Shown here: in pieces, positions 26,601-39,835 of the stretch | Layout of the letters: each line of letters opens with the position of its first letter | Numbering within the stretch: the first letter of the stretch is position 1 | Assembly (NCBI RefSeq): GCF_964355755.1 | Contig: NC_092674.1 | Span: 5,518,001-5,582,000 of the forward strand | Source of the DNA: Antedon mediterranea | Taxonomy: Eukaryota; Animalia; Echinodermata | Reading direction: 5' to 3' | Length of the DNA: 64,000 bases | Translations under genes and position numbers: made by a program | Notes under the pieces: generated by a model | Told to the model about the DNA's origin: nothing | What the model saw: the letters and a program-made list of their open reading frames with translations, nothing else | Database searches by the model: none

Positions 26601-29600
26601 TTAAGACAGTGGAACCGTAATTACGTAGCCATAACACCGACAAGGGTTCGAGGCTCACTCACTCCATAGTTCTGGTGGTAGAACGAGTCTTCTCGGATAA
26701 GGACTATAAACCGTGGTCCAGTGTACACAACTTAACTAGCTCGTGTGCACTTTAAAGAACCAAGTACATCTTTCGAGACGAGTAGGGGGTTACCCCGGTG
26801 TATTAGTACATCACAGCCACTGATTTGTGCTTGGTTTACTGCAAATAAGCTTTTGATTAGGCCTAATATTACTAAAACCAATTATATTTTATTTAATTCA
26901 CACCGTAGAAAGTATAAACTTAAACTAAAAATTTTAAATATTTATCTCAATGGCAATATCATCGAACGTAAAATTGAGTCTGTCTTTCTTTGTGTAACTA
27001 TCCACGAAAATCTAAATTGGTCTAGCCATCAAAAGTATATTAGCAATAAAATATCTAAATATATTGGGATTATAAACAAACTTAAGCACTTTTTTCCTCA
27101 ACGGATTTTGCTTAATTTATATCATTCTGTTATTCTTCCTCATTTACAATATTGTAACTTTATCTGGGCAGCCGACTTTACCACTGATATCATGAACATT
27201 TTTAAATTACAGAAACGAGTTGTAAGAAATATTTTGTTTTATCTCATTTTATTGCTTATATTTATGGTCTACTTACAAGTTTTATCTATTATTTATAAAT
27301 ATGTAAATAATATATTGCCAATCTCTATCTCAAACATTATCATCCTAGACATACCAAAAGATTGGAAGTACCATTTACGAGGCTAAAAAAGACTGAATTT
27401 TTTGTTACAGTATATGGTCCTAAGTTATGGAGTGAACTGTCTATAGAAACAACTTGATGTAAAAACTTTAAAATATTTTTAAAAACTATTAAAAAACATT
27501 TGTTTCCAAATACAAATAATGTGCCGTAATTAGATTTTTTATTTGTTAAATGAATTATCTAAAACATTTATGAATTATTTTATTATTATTATTTTAGGAT
27601 TATAATTTATAGATCTATTATTATTAGCTAATGATGTGTCATGTTGTTGCTTTTTTGTTGTTTTTGTTTAGGAATATTAGTATTTGACAAGTTCTTTTAC
27701 TTCTTTTTCTGATCCTTGAAACAGTTCTTATTTTATGTTGCCATTTTAAGTTATTGTAATTAGTGTATGCTGTTTTTATTTCATGAACTGTTTCTAAGTA
27801 AATGTTGATGATTGATAAGAGCAATAATATCGAATTTATTGATTTTATAAATCATGACGTCATTTGATTGGGTTTAAAACAATATTATTTTTGTCAAATA
27901 CAGTGATGATCTTAAAGTTCATGAATGAAAACCTTTCTAATGCTTATCTATTTATCGTCAATCGTTATCTTCCTAGTGTAAATGGGCATTTATAGAGTAT
28001 TTTTAAAAGTAATTTTAATTTTGTATTTATTTAGATTTTTGACGGCAATGTGGATAGATCTGAAATACGAACGCATTATTTTAATCCAATATTACAAGGC
28101 GTGGCTATCAGGATTTACCCAAAAAGCTGGCATAGTAGGCCTAATATTCGGACTGAAGTCTTGGGCTGTAGAACTGGTATGTATTTCAAGTGTATTTACT
28201 TGACTGACTAACCACTTACAATTACAAGTTTTACGGTATTTCTTTTACATTAGGAAATGAATGGGTTCGAGTGTTTAAGGGTGTATCTATGACTGGAGTT
28301 AGCATTTACAACGCCTGGCAAACTGGATCAGGAACATCAAGCCACCATGCTCATCAATTTCTCATCAGTGATACATTTTACAGAAACAATGCAATATTTG
28401 ATAACTGGGCAACATTAAATATTCAACAGGTAGACGTCAATATTATTAATTATAACCTAATATAATTGTCTTATCTAATTGTGATATAGTATCGATCAAA
28501 ATTCTTCGAGTAAGTCACTATTATTACACTATTTACTAACACATAAATCAGTACGGTAACCTTTAGTTACTGTATCGATACAACTTTTCAGAGTAAATCG
28601 AGTTTGATAAATAATGTTCAAATTATTTTATGTTACAGGTAAAACTGACAGCATTCTCTGCATTTCACGAGGAGTTGTTTTCTATCACTTTTGATAGTGT
28701 TGGTTCCACTACTAGCTCTTGGTTTTCAAAGGACAGAGTTCAAAGTTCACCTTGGGACGACATGGAAGCTGCTTCCTCTAATATATTTTCAATAGAAGGA
28801 ACAAGTGGAAGTCGGTATGTACATTTATTGTAATTGTATTAAAATTATTAGGGTGTGACGTGATATATTTTTATATTTCAAAATTCCTCTTGATATCAGA
28901 TCACACCATTAAATTATTAATCTGCTATCGACAATCGAACGATCAATCAATCTCTCCATCTATTTACCAATCTATTTACAGAAGGAGGTTTTATATGAGT
29001 AATTATCACAATGGTTGTGGAGGTGACAAAGGATGGTTCGCAGTTGTGGAAGGCAACGCTTGTGGAGGATGGGATGGTTATGGCACCAATCCAAGAATTA
29101 TATACAGTCGGACAAACTCAGCAGAGATATGGTACACTGGATGTAAGTTACAAACTGCAGACAACTGCATACAGCCAGATAAAGCACTACTTTGATTATT
29201 TTTATAAAATCATTTTGTTAACCAACCATAGGACATTTAATTTCATTTCATTTTAATATTCAGTAAAGAGCGGCCTCCGGACATGCAGAATGTCTTTTTT
29301 TAAATGATGTAGCTAAATGTAATGTACAAAAAAAAATTGTTGTAAATTATTTGTAACAAAAATATTCCTAAGCTTATGTACATTCAGGGTTGGTATATAT
29401 TCTTTCCTATATTTTTATAGAACGAGCAGTGGAATAAAAAATGATATTTATCTTCAATAATATTCAATAGACAAAAAAAAAATTCTATTTTCTCTTGGAA
29501 TTTTCAAATGGCGTCCCTTTTAAATAGGCCTAAATAGGTTATGATTTGTTAACTTAATGTTCACACATATTTTCAAACTTAAGGCTGTTATAGAACCCTA

Positions 29601-30000
29601 GTCTCAAATTGTTATGTTTCATTTACTCTCTTTGTTTTTCAGTATCATAAATGCTTACTTACTTTATCTATAGACAATTTGTTTAAATGTGTTTACATAG
29701 GCCTACATAGTTTAGGTTTTATGTTTTACTAGTTAATTAATATTGACATTTACCATTGAAAAACAGAAATTTTGTGATCTTTTCTTTTCTGAATTATGTT
29801 ATCCTGCCTAAATATGTTTTAATAAAATAAAATAAAACAGTTTTTAGTAACATTTTCGTTCCATAAAATAAATCCATTTAAATAATTTTCAAATATTTTT
29901 TTTTATGAATAATAATGAAAAACTCAAATAATTCATTTTTTGAATTGGTCTTTCAGATATTGGTACTGCTCGAGCGATGACATTCGATGTAATATTTTAA
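20699..30000 (+). CDS. Paralogue 2 of the secreted PAN-EGF-F5/8C mosaic family, ~811 aa
   Basis: Exons 20699-20768, 21766-22236, 23022-23504, 23907-24151, 24875-25007, 25358-25692, 28035-28176, 28254-28429, 28639-28814, 28982-29142, 29957-30000; 2436 nt, frame intact. Confidence 0.87.
22838..22998. mobile_element. Palindromic MITE-like element
   Basis: AATCGAAAGCGTCAGCTTATACG pairs with CGTATAAGCTGACGCTTTCGATT, with further imperfect outer arms. Confidence 0.65.
26150..27500 (+). mobile_element. Decayed non-LTR retrotransposon (CR1/L2-like) reverse-transcriptase fragment
   Basis: VPQGYVLGPLLFLIYVNDLP...FAGD, then WFTANKL...LYHSVILPHLQYC...LQKRVVR; stops and frameshifts present. Confidence 0.85.
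26579..26822 (+). mobile_element. tRNA-derived SINE inserted in the LINE fragment
   Basis: A-box TGGCCGAGCGG, B-box GGTTCGAGGC, core GGATAAGGACTATAAACCG...TTTAAAGAACC; related copy on the minus strand at 57895-58142. Confidence 0.82.
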
Positions 30001-30132
30001 AAACAAGAAGACTTTCAGATACCATTAATAAACAAAGTTTAATAATAAAAAAATTAAATACCGTTGGTATGATATATTATGTAATAATTGTGATTGTTGA
30101 AATATTGTATGGTGTTTTTTGCAGTACAACCA

Positions 30133-30215
30133 GTGGAGCTAGCTCGGTGTATAACGTGCCGTCCTTCCAATCCCAAGGTCCAGGGTTCAATCCTGACCTA
30201 GTGCCAGGGTTGTAA
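30133..30215 (+). mobile_element. Degenerate tRNA-like SINE head
   Basis: TAGCTCGGTG...GGTTCAATCCTGACCTAG; similar to the minus-strand head near 58180-58250. Confidence 0.45.
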
Positions 30216-31326
30216 CTCAGAACTCTTTCAACTCCACTCGCTAGGCCTATAATGAGCACGATAAATTATTAAATAATCTATCCATCCTGTAATTGACGAG
30301 TTACTCGCTTATTTACTTTTGCCTAATATAAAAATGAAAAAAATAATGAAAATAAACAATTATAAATATATATTTTCCTTCTGAAGTTTTTTTTTATTTT
30401 ATGTTTTTTTTAATATGCCATTCTAATATGACATTGCTTTGACCTGAAAAAGAAAATACTGTAATTTAAAGCAAGACATTGTAAAATTGACTGGAAGTAA
30501 CTGGAATTTAAAATGTACTTATTTGACTAAAATAAGATAACACGATTGTTTGTGTAGATGTGTATAAATAATGGTATTTTAATGATGTAGTGTGTATTGA
30601 TAGACACATAATTACGACTTACGGTATTATACGGTAATATAATAAATACTATATATGCAATATATTATTTCATGATTAGCAATCAATTATTATTCGTTAT
30701 CAATAAATATATATATAGAAGCATAGTGCATTTGCCTAAATAAAAAGATATGTACATAATATGTATCTTTATTACCCTTATTTACCCACGCACGACAAAA
30801 AAAAATATTTGAAAACAAAATTTTTTTATAATGTACTTCTGAAATATATTCACTTGCAAATAAAATACTACATGGACTTTGTAATGAAAACCAAAAACAC
30901 GTTTTGGTCAATTATTCAAAAGTAACTCTTTGTGGATAAACCCTTTTCTCAAAGTACAGCAGTATAAGCCTACGGTAATAGAATACATACTTTTTATGCA
31001 ATACATTTCATTTGTTTATTTCACGATTAACAATCAATTATTATTCGTTATCAATAGTAACATAGTGTATTGGCCTAAATAACAATATATGTGCACAATA
31101 ATGTATCCTTGCTTAAAACACACCGCAGTCACGTTGGCTAGTTCATTTTAGACATAGAGATCGAGATGTCTAAAAGTATTTCTTAAACCCAAGATTAGGA
31201 TCATTGAATCAAGTTGTATAGAGTAACCACCGTGAACAACTATATGTTGTCAGAGAAGATACGACGATATTTGATTAGATTTGAAGTTGAACATCAACGC
31301 GCCATTTGATTGTAATTCCTACCATT

Positions 31327-34300
31327 ATGTTAGTTGTTGATGTGGAAACATTCTTTCTTTTTCTGTTGGTTGGCGTAGCATTCAAAGGTTAGAGTATTTA
31401 CTTATCTTATTTTATTTTATATTTTATTTACACATACGATCGTTGCATCTAAGTTAAAGATGACCCAACTATTTCCTAAATATAACCAACCCTCTAAATA
31501 ATCTCTCTCAACTGGAGACACATCGGTTAAGATGTATTGTCTCCTGAAAAAATGTGTTTTTTTATGTTGAATATGCCATTTTAAAGTCACATAATAGTTT
31601 AAAAATTGGATCTAAAAAAAATAACTGAAAACATTATTTTTAAGAACAAAATAATAATAATAAATTTAGATTGGTTGAATATAAAGATAACGGGCTAAAG
31701 AATAATCTTTAGTCCATGTAAAGACTAAGTATTCTTGTTGTCTTTACATATTCATTTTTGTATCTTTTGTATCTTTTCTTTCTGTTACCTCCTAAAGGTA
31801 GATATTAATTACCATTTACAGTAATAGGCCTACAAGTTTTTAATAACAAACGCTTAGCAGATGAATCGTCAGCAGTGAACCAATTCCAATCAGCACTTTG
31901 CTTTGTGTGGCGCATCAAATACTAAGCGGTAATAGGGCCTATCAAACATGGGCACATTTATAAAAGCTTGACCTAATGCGCAACTTGGGGTAGCGTCAAT
32001 TCTGATAAATAATAACTTCCCAAAATTATAACAGGCCCATTATAGTGGACAGGCAACATAATGGCTTTTCTAATTACAGTTTTTATTTATTTGTAGCTTC
32101 TGCCAGTTGTCCAAAGGTACACGGAGGATCTTTGATACATAGAGCCTCATTGGATAGCAACGGATGGACAATGCTGAATACTGGGAATCCAATAACATGT
32201 GATGGATATGTAACAGCTTGGAGATTCTATCCAACTACGTCTGCAGAATTCTTAGCATTGGTGATGCGTCCACACATAGCTGGTAGCAACCAGTACGTTG
32301 TGGTTGGACGAACCGTAATACCGAAACAACAAGTATTGAATAAAGCACGAGAGTTTAAGCTACCAGAACCAGATTGGATCTCAGTAAAAAGTGGTGATGT
32401 CATTGGATTTAAATTTGAAACAAGTCTTTTGGTACGTGACAATGAAGGTACAGCGTTTATTGTTAAAGACGGGATCAGTCAGAGTGATTTGTTAGTCCAC
32501 ATGGTTCACAAGATCAATGGCGGTTCTTATATGAGAACATATTCATTTCAAGCTGTTTTAAAAGGTATCGTACTGAATATTTTATTTTTTGTAAATAAAA
32601 TTGTGTGTAGCAAAATGAGTTTTGACAAAATGTTTATACAATATCTGTATCAAAACATGATAACGGCGGGTTCACAAGATTTTATTATTTTTTTTTCAGA
32701 TTCATACTTACCATGTAACATTATCAAGTGGCCATTCATGAAGATAACTACGTCAACAACAAAATCCAGTAACATTTGGATAGACGATTGGAACAAGATA
32801 AAGTGTCCCGGTACAATCACAGGATGGAGGTATATGGCAAAAGTAACAACTGGTATCATCGGCTTAGTTTACAGAGCGGTAGACGCAGACAACAACGTGT
32901 ATGAAATCATCGGAAAAACGTTACTTCCGGAAGGAGAGCCTGACGTTGTCGTCGAATTTCCAATTGCACATTCTGATAGAATTGATGTTTTACCCGGAGA
33001 TAAAATTGGCTTTACGTACACAACAGGACAAATCTACTATCAAGTGGATTATTCCAATGTAGGGTCGATATATAGATTTAGGCCACTGCCATCTGTCTAT
33101 GATATCGGGACCCAGATTACGTTCAATAATTACCAAACCAGACGTTTTTCGTTTGATGCTGTTTTTGATATTAATGGTAAGTTTAGGTGTAGTGAAAACT
33201 CCATTTAAATGAATTTGAACACCAGGCCTATTCTTCGTTTCCTTCTACGGTTGGTAAATTACTACATACGTGCCAGAATCTGCAATGGCCCCCTTTTAAT
33301 CTAGCTATTTTAATTTTAGATCCCGATCATGCATATAAGTCCACAGTGATCCTAGAGAACCATAAGCTGCAAAACAATGACATCGCCACTATCACTGACT
33401 GTACTTTGGCTTCCTGTGTCACAAACTGTATCAAGAACCAGCACTGTAAATCAGTCAACTACAACCAAAATACATGTAAATTAAATGACGCTACTCGTAC
33501 GGAAGACGAGAGTAATTTTTCCGAGATCGCAGGAGAAAGATATATCGAAATGAGTCCTGTGAACACGGTAAGTTAAAGTCAGTGATTACGTAAGTTAGGC
33601 ATTTTACTCTGAAAGGTCCAACTTTTATTCATTGGCGTCTTTACAAAGACAAGGACCACACGTACAGTTCTTTTTCAAATACTGTAAGTAACATCATGAC
33701 AAAAGATAAATACACTTATTATAATCTATAATTAAACGAAAAGGATTATGGTATAGGTTTTGCAGTAGGTTCACCCGGACCTTAATAAAAGAGAAGAGAA
33801 TGAGAACATTAATGCGCAGGTTTACAAACAAACTGATTATGTCTGAACTATGTTCACAATTTTAATCATCGTCGTAATTGATCATGATCAACTCCTGAAT
33901 GTGAATCTAGCTATTTCATAATTTAAATAATGTAATTGATCATGATGAACTTCTGAATATGAACCTAGCTATTTCACAATTTAAGCATCGTAATTTGATC
34001 ATGATCAACTCCTGAATGTGAACCTAGCTATTTCACAATTTAAGCATCGTAATTGATCATGATCAACTTCTGAATGTGAACCATGTTCACAATTGTCATC
34101 GTATAATTGATCATGATCAACTTTTTAATATGAACCTAGCTATTTCACAATTTAAACATCGTAATTGATCATGATTAACTTCTGAATGTGAATTATGTTC
34201 ACAATTTTAATAATCGTAATTGATCATGATCAACTCCTGAATGTGAACCTAGCTATTTCACAATTTAAACATCGTAATTGGTCATGATCAACACCTGGAT

Positions 34301-37300
34301 GTGAACCTAGCTATTTTCACAATTTTAATCATCGTAATTGATCATGATCAACTCCTAAATATGAACCTAGCTATTTCACAATTTAAGCATCGTAATTTGA
34401 TCATGATCAACTCCTGAATGTGAACCTAGCTATTTCACAATTTAAGCATCGTAATTGATCATGATCAACTTCTGAATGTGAACCATGTTCACAATTATCA
34501 TCGTATAATTGATCATGATCAACTTTTTAATATGAACCTAGCTATTTCACAATTTAAACATCGTAATTGATCATGATTAACTTCTGAATGTGAATTATGT
34601 TCACAATTTTAATAATTGTAATTGATCATGATCTACTCCTGAATGTGAACCTAGCTATTTCACAATTTAAACATCGTAATTGGTCATGATCAACACCTGG
34701 ATGTGAACCTAGCTATTTTCACAATTTTAATCATCGTAATTGATCATGATCAACTCCTAAATATGAACCTAGCTATTTCACAATTTAAACATCGTATTTG
34801 ATCATGATCAACTCCTGAATGTGAACCTAGCTATTTTCACAATTTTAATCATCGTAATTGATCATGATCAACTCCTGAATATGAACCTAGCTATTTCACA
34901 ATTTAAACATCTTAATTGATCATGATCAACTCCTGAATGTGAATCTAGCTATTTTTGCATTTCTGTTCGCTTTGTGTTTAGTCTAGTAGTCTAATGATTT
35001 TATTTAATTATAGAAGGTGGAAGGAATATGTGCATTTGTTGATTGTGGGTCTGGCAACGTTTGTATCGCTGTCCCTGGTGCCGTGAGACGCCATCTTTGT
35101 TTGTGTTCGGAAACTGGATATCTAACTGAACAGTGTCCGTCAACAGGTGTTTATGTCTTGTATACATTACTAGAAAACATAAAAAATAAAAGAATAATAC
35201 ATCACTATTAAATATTCCATAAAGTAAACATTCAACAGTTTGTAACATGGATCAAGTTTTACACAAAAAACTGTCTCATTCACCTTTATTTCTTAAATGT
35301 TTCGTAAATGTTATCTTTGTAAAACATCGAATAGGTTTATTATTTAAGCACTCGGTTATGCGTCTTTCATAGAGGGCTACAGCCACCGCTCCAATTCAGG
35401 CTCGCGTAAGTTTGCGCCTACAGTATTGGCAACTTTACGTTTTCACGATGCGCATATTGACGCGATTTTATTTTCCGCACCGGTGTGAAAGGCCCTTTAA
35501 AGAAATTGTTACATTGTTTGATGAAAATAACCATTATTTCCGTTTTTCCTGTAGAATGTCTTGAACCTCTTGGAATGGAGTCTGGTGATATTGTTGATGG
35601 TCAATTAAGAGCCAGTTCTATGTGGTCAGATCAAGAAAACCACGGTCCAAAATGTGCAAGATTAAATGCAGTAGCAACATCTTCTTGCGTGTCTTGTTGG
35701 ATTCCACATAATTCAGATATCAACAGTTGGATTCAAATACATTTGATGGTAGAGCACAACATTACTGGTATCCAAACACAGCGTAGAGAAGACGGGGATC
35801 AATGGGTGAAAACCTATACAATAAGTTACATCAAAGTGAATCAAGTTGGTGACAATTTCATCTCTAATGGTTATGGAAATCCGAAGGTAGACCTATCAAA
35901 ATAATATAAAGAAAATAATATTAAGTAGTAATAAAAGCGAGTAATTGTTGACAAAGAATGTATTTCACTATTACTTGTTTTTTGGTTTTTTGTTACTATC
36001 TTTGATAAATAAATGAAATTATGGTCTGGCCTTACTTTGGGACAAAGCTGAAGTTGAAAAGTTGTTATTCATCCATACCAGCTGTAGGCTACATTGTGAG
36101 ACTAATTCATATTGCAACTATCTTCCTTCGTACTGTGCAGAACCTCGTATAGTCGCACTTTAATCACATTTATGCAGATAAACTTTCATTCTTAAATTAT
36201 GTGTTCCACATATTTTTTTATGTAAGCAATGGCTGCAATATATATTCTTCACCGAGATTCAACGAATTAATTATTCTTACGCAAGATAGTTCTTTATCTA
36301 AATCTTTGGTATTTTTCATTTGCATTTGTATACAGATTTTTGATGGTAATTGGGACCAAACTAGCGTACGAACACATTATTTTAATCCAGTAATACAAGG
36401 CGTAGCTATCAGGATTTACCCTAAAAGCTTCTATGGTCTCCGCAGTTTACGAGCTGAAGTTTTAGGCTGTAGAATAGGTAAGTTACTTTTATGAGATAAA
36501 GTGTTGTTACTACACGTACAGTATGACGTAGAGAGGCCTATACATGGTTTACGCGATACATTTTAAGGTTTTGAACTGGATTAAGCCTAGTCTACAATTA
36601 ACGAACAATTACTAAATGTTTGTTTGTAAACTTGGGGTTTACTTGAGTTTGCAAACTAAAGTTTGCTGGTGTAAACTTGTTTTCTAGAAAACTTTAGAAA
36701 ACTGTTTATGACAACTCGTAGTTTGCTCGAGTTTTCAAACAAGAGTTTGGCAGTGTAAAATAGTCTTATAAACCCATGTAAAAAAAAGTGGTTAATTTTA
36801 CTAAAATATTATTCATCTTAACATTTTGTCAACAAATTATTTTTTGATAAATCATGAATTTTCAAGTTTATACGTTACATGCTTTCTCTTCATTCTCTCT
36901 CACGACGGGAATGTGGTTTTATGACATTCGTTTACTTTTCTGCACAGGAAATGAATGGGTTCGAGTGTTTAAGGGTGTATCTATGACTGGAGTTAGCATT
37001 TACAACGCTTGGCAAACTGGATCAGGAACATCAAGCCACCATGCTCATCAATTTCTCATCAGTGATACATTTTACAGAAACAATGCAATATTTAATAACT
37101 GGGCAACATTAAATATTCAACAGGTAGACTTCACTATTATTATAACCTAATCAAGTATCTTATCTAATTTTATAGTATCGATCGATCACAATTCTCCGAG
37201 TAAATCGAATTTGATAACATAATTATAAGTTTATGATTTTATGTTACAGGTAAAACTGACAGCATTCTCAGCATTTCACGATGAGTTATTTTCTATCACT

Positions 37301-39835
37301 TTTGATGGTGTTGGTTCCAATACTAGCTCTTGGTTTTCAAAGAATAGAGTTCAAAGTTCACCTTGGAAGGACATGGAAGCAGCTTCCTCTAATTTCTTTT
37401 CAATAGAAGGAACAAGTGGAAGTCGGTATGTACATCTATATATAAATTTACGTAAGGGCAAAATTCGGTAAATCGCGCCTTACTTCTAGAATTTTTACTC
37501 GATGGTATATAAAGTTGGTTCGTACTTTCGGTACTGATTTTAACCGCCTGATTAAATTAAGTTAGATAATTAGTTATTGACGATTAAAACGAATTTAGGT
37601 TCAACGATTTGCCCCAAATAGGGGTGTTTTCCGATCGTGGTATACACTGTCTAATGGATGTCCATCTTGAAAAATACCCGCCACAAAAATGCGAGGAGGC
37701 TTCGCATTTTCCTATCTCCTCCTACGATAATTGTTTTTAATAGCTGAAAACCGGTTGAACAGCTAGAGTACACCATCATAATGTTGAAGACAGGCCGATT
37801 TTCTTTAAAAAATACTATGTTGATAGATTTAATATATGATTATACAAATGTATTGATTTGCGATGAATGGAACATCCCAATCTCTCAGTCTGCCAGAGTT
37901 TGATTTAACACAAGTAGGTAAATTTATGAGCCCTTGGTTTAACACATACGGTAGGTAAATATGTGGGCCCTTTGAGAATAAACTTGCAATACTTTGATAA
38001 TACTGTAAATACCTATTAACTATTTTTAGTCCTCATTTGAATCGAACATTTCTTACTGTGAATGTTCGTACTGTTAGATGTAATATAAAAATATATACAG
38101 ATAAACTTTATTACTGAGATTGTGGATAGGATCTACTGTTAGATATATAAACACATTATTATATACAAATAAACTTTATACTGACAGTTCCTTCTCAACG
38201 TTTGTATTAATTAATAATTACCAATAAAATAAACGTCGTAGTGGTGTATCGTGACATGTACTTTAATATTTCAATCGATTATGACAGTGACAGTTTTAAC
38301 AAAGTATTAAATCGCAAATGTTTTACTGTATTTAGAGGTATATTATTTATAGGCCTATAAAACACGAAAAAAATATTTTGTTCGAGTGGATAAAGATAAT
38401 ATTTAAAAATTGTTCCTCTTTGTACCTATCCGCTTTCCCATCCCTCAACCCTAATATAAAAAAAACCATACAAAACACAAATTGGGTTTCTTTAAATGAG
38501 TCCAAATCAAAAATTTGGACTCATTTTGTGATAATTTTCTCCTTCGGAAGTAATTCCCAGAGTGGTAATTTTAGTTGACTACATAAATCATCGTGTCTAT
38601 TTATTCGTTTTTGTAAACGACAATGTATTATAGTCCTGCGGTACGTACATTTGAAATCGCCAGTTTTGTGACGCTGAAATTACTGTGTATTCGAGAACCA
38701 TCTGTGGGCACGACCTAGATGGTACGCTCGCTTCGCTCGCGTACCATCTAGTTTACTGTAATTTTATTAAAATTAGTACAGTGTGACGTGATATATTTTT
38801 ATATTTTGAAATTCCTCTTGATATCAGATCACACAATTAGGCTAAATTATTAATCTGCTATCGACAATCGAACGATCAATCAATCTATCTCTCCATCTAT
38901 TTACCAATCTATTTACAGAAGGTGGTTTTATATGAGTAATAATCACAATGGTTGCGGAGGTGATAAAGGATGGTTCGCAGTTGTGGAAGGCACGGATTGT
39001 GAAGAATGGGATGGTTATGGTACCAATCCAAGAATTCTATACAGTCGAACAAAATCAGCAGAGATATGGGCTACTGGACGTAAGTTACACAACGGTACAT
39101 ATATTTTACTAAATCAGAAATAATAAAATGAATACAAACAAAATGAATGTGGAGGACTGGATCCAGAATTGTTTTTCTGGTGTGGCGGCCAGCGATTTTT
39201 TTGTTCGTACATAATTTGGGGATCCCTTATGTAAAAGATAGCCGAACTACTTCCTAAATATAACTAAACCTAACCCTCTAAATAATCTCTCTCACTATAA
39301 AATAAAAAGAAGTTGCTCATGGGATTCGAACCCCATACATCGACATGTAATGTCTATAGTCTAATCCATTCGACTATACAGACGGCTCGACAGAAAGCGT
39401 TTGCATTAGAGAATTGTAGTTAGCCCAATTCTTACGTCATACCTTATATGGTCCTATGGATATGATTAATGAATATTCATGTTTATTTTGTGACGTTTTA
39501 TGAGGGTCCCCAACTTTTGTACGAAAAGGAATATCGCAGGCGGCCATCGGTAAAGGATAATCAACGTTTTAAATGGGTTAGGGGAAAACCACTTATTCTT
39601 GCCCTGGATCTTCCAATGAGAGGAATGTTTGAAACTTGCACCGTACCGAGCCAGTACTTTCTTCATTAGTTGTGCTTCCAAAAAAACTTAGTGGAATTTG
39701 ATATACGCTGAACGTTAAGTATGGGGGATGTAGATAATGGAATGGCCTTGCTTTTTATTTATTTTCATCTGTAAAATTTCTATTTCAGATATTGGTACTG
39801 CTCGAGCAATGACTATTGATATAAAAATGTTATAG
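31327..39835 (+). CDS. Paralogue 3 of the secreted PAN-EGF-F5/8C mosaic family, ~806 aa
   Basis: Exons 31327-31387, 32097-32564, 32700-33176, 33320-33567, 35014-35146, 35555-35886, 36336-36477, 36948-37123, 37250-37425, 38919-39079, 39789-39835; 2421 nt, frame intact. Confidence 0.87.
33840..34955. repeat. ~58-bp minisatellite (~19 units) with a ~402-bp higher-order duplication, in intron 4 of paralogue 3
   Basis: Unit GAACCTAGCTATTTCACAATTTAAACATCGTAATTGATCATGATCAACTCCTGAATGT; the variant series starting at 33961 recurs at 34363. Confidence 0.93.
37435..38751 (+). mobile_element. Non-autonomous Helitron (family H), copy 1
   Basis: 5' TC, 3' hairpin ending CTAG, inserted between A and T with no target duplication; the empty site is visible in paralogue 2 (GTATGTACA|TTTATTGTAA at ~28823). 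Confidence 0.9.
39310..39385 (-). mobile_element. tRNA-like SINE head fragment
   Basis: Minus strand TAGTCGAATGG...GGGGTTCGAATCCC (A and B boxes); no good cloverleaf. Confidence 0.45.

Larger units (their letters stand above)
25976..27992. mobile_element. MITE split by a nested LINE fragment and SINE
   Basis: Inverted arms TTTACACTAGGAAGATAACGAT (~25984) / ATCGTTATCTTCCTAGTGTAAA (~27961) and AACCAATCAAATGACGTCAT / ATGACGTCATTTGATTGG. Confidence 0.7.

Noticed and set aside
26579-26665. Functional tRNA gene
   Set aside because: A and B boxes are present but run into a SINE body that has a second diverged copy; no canonical cloverleaf. The same holds for tRNA-like heads near 30133, 39310, 58180 and 62290.
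26150-27500. Reverse transcriptase as a dedicated diversifier (DGR- or retron-like) for the cluster
   Set aside because: Decayed CR1/L2-type LINE fragment with a broken catalytic motif (FAGD), interrupted by a SINE; paralogue differences are not adenine-specific.
35770-35790. Paralogue 3 as a pseudogene (conserved F5/8C TQGR changed to TQRR)
   Set aside because: A single missense change; all exons, splice sites and the frame are intact.
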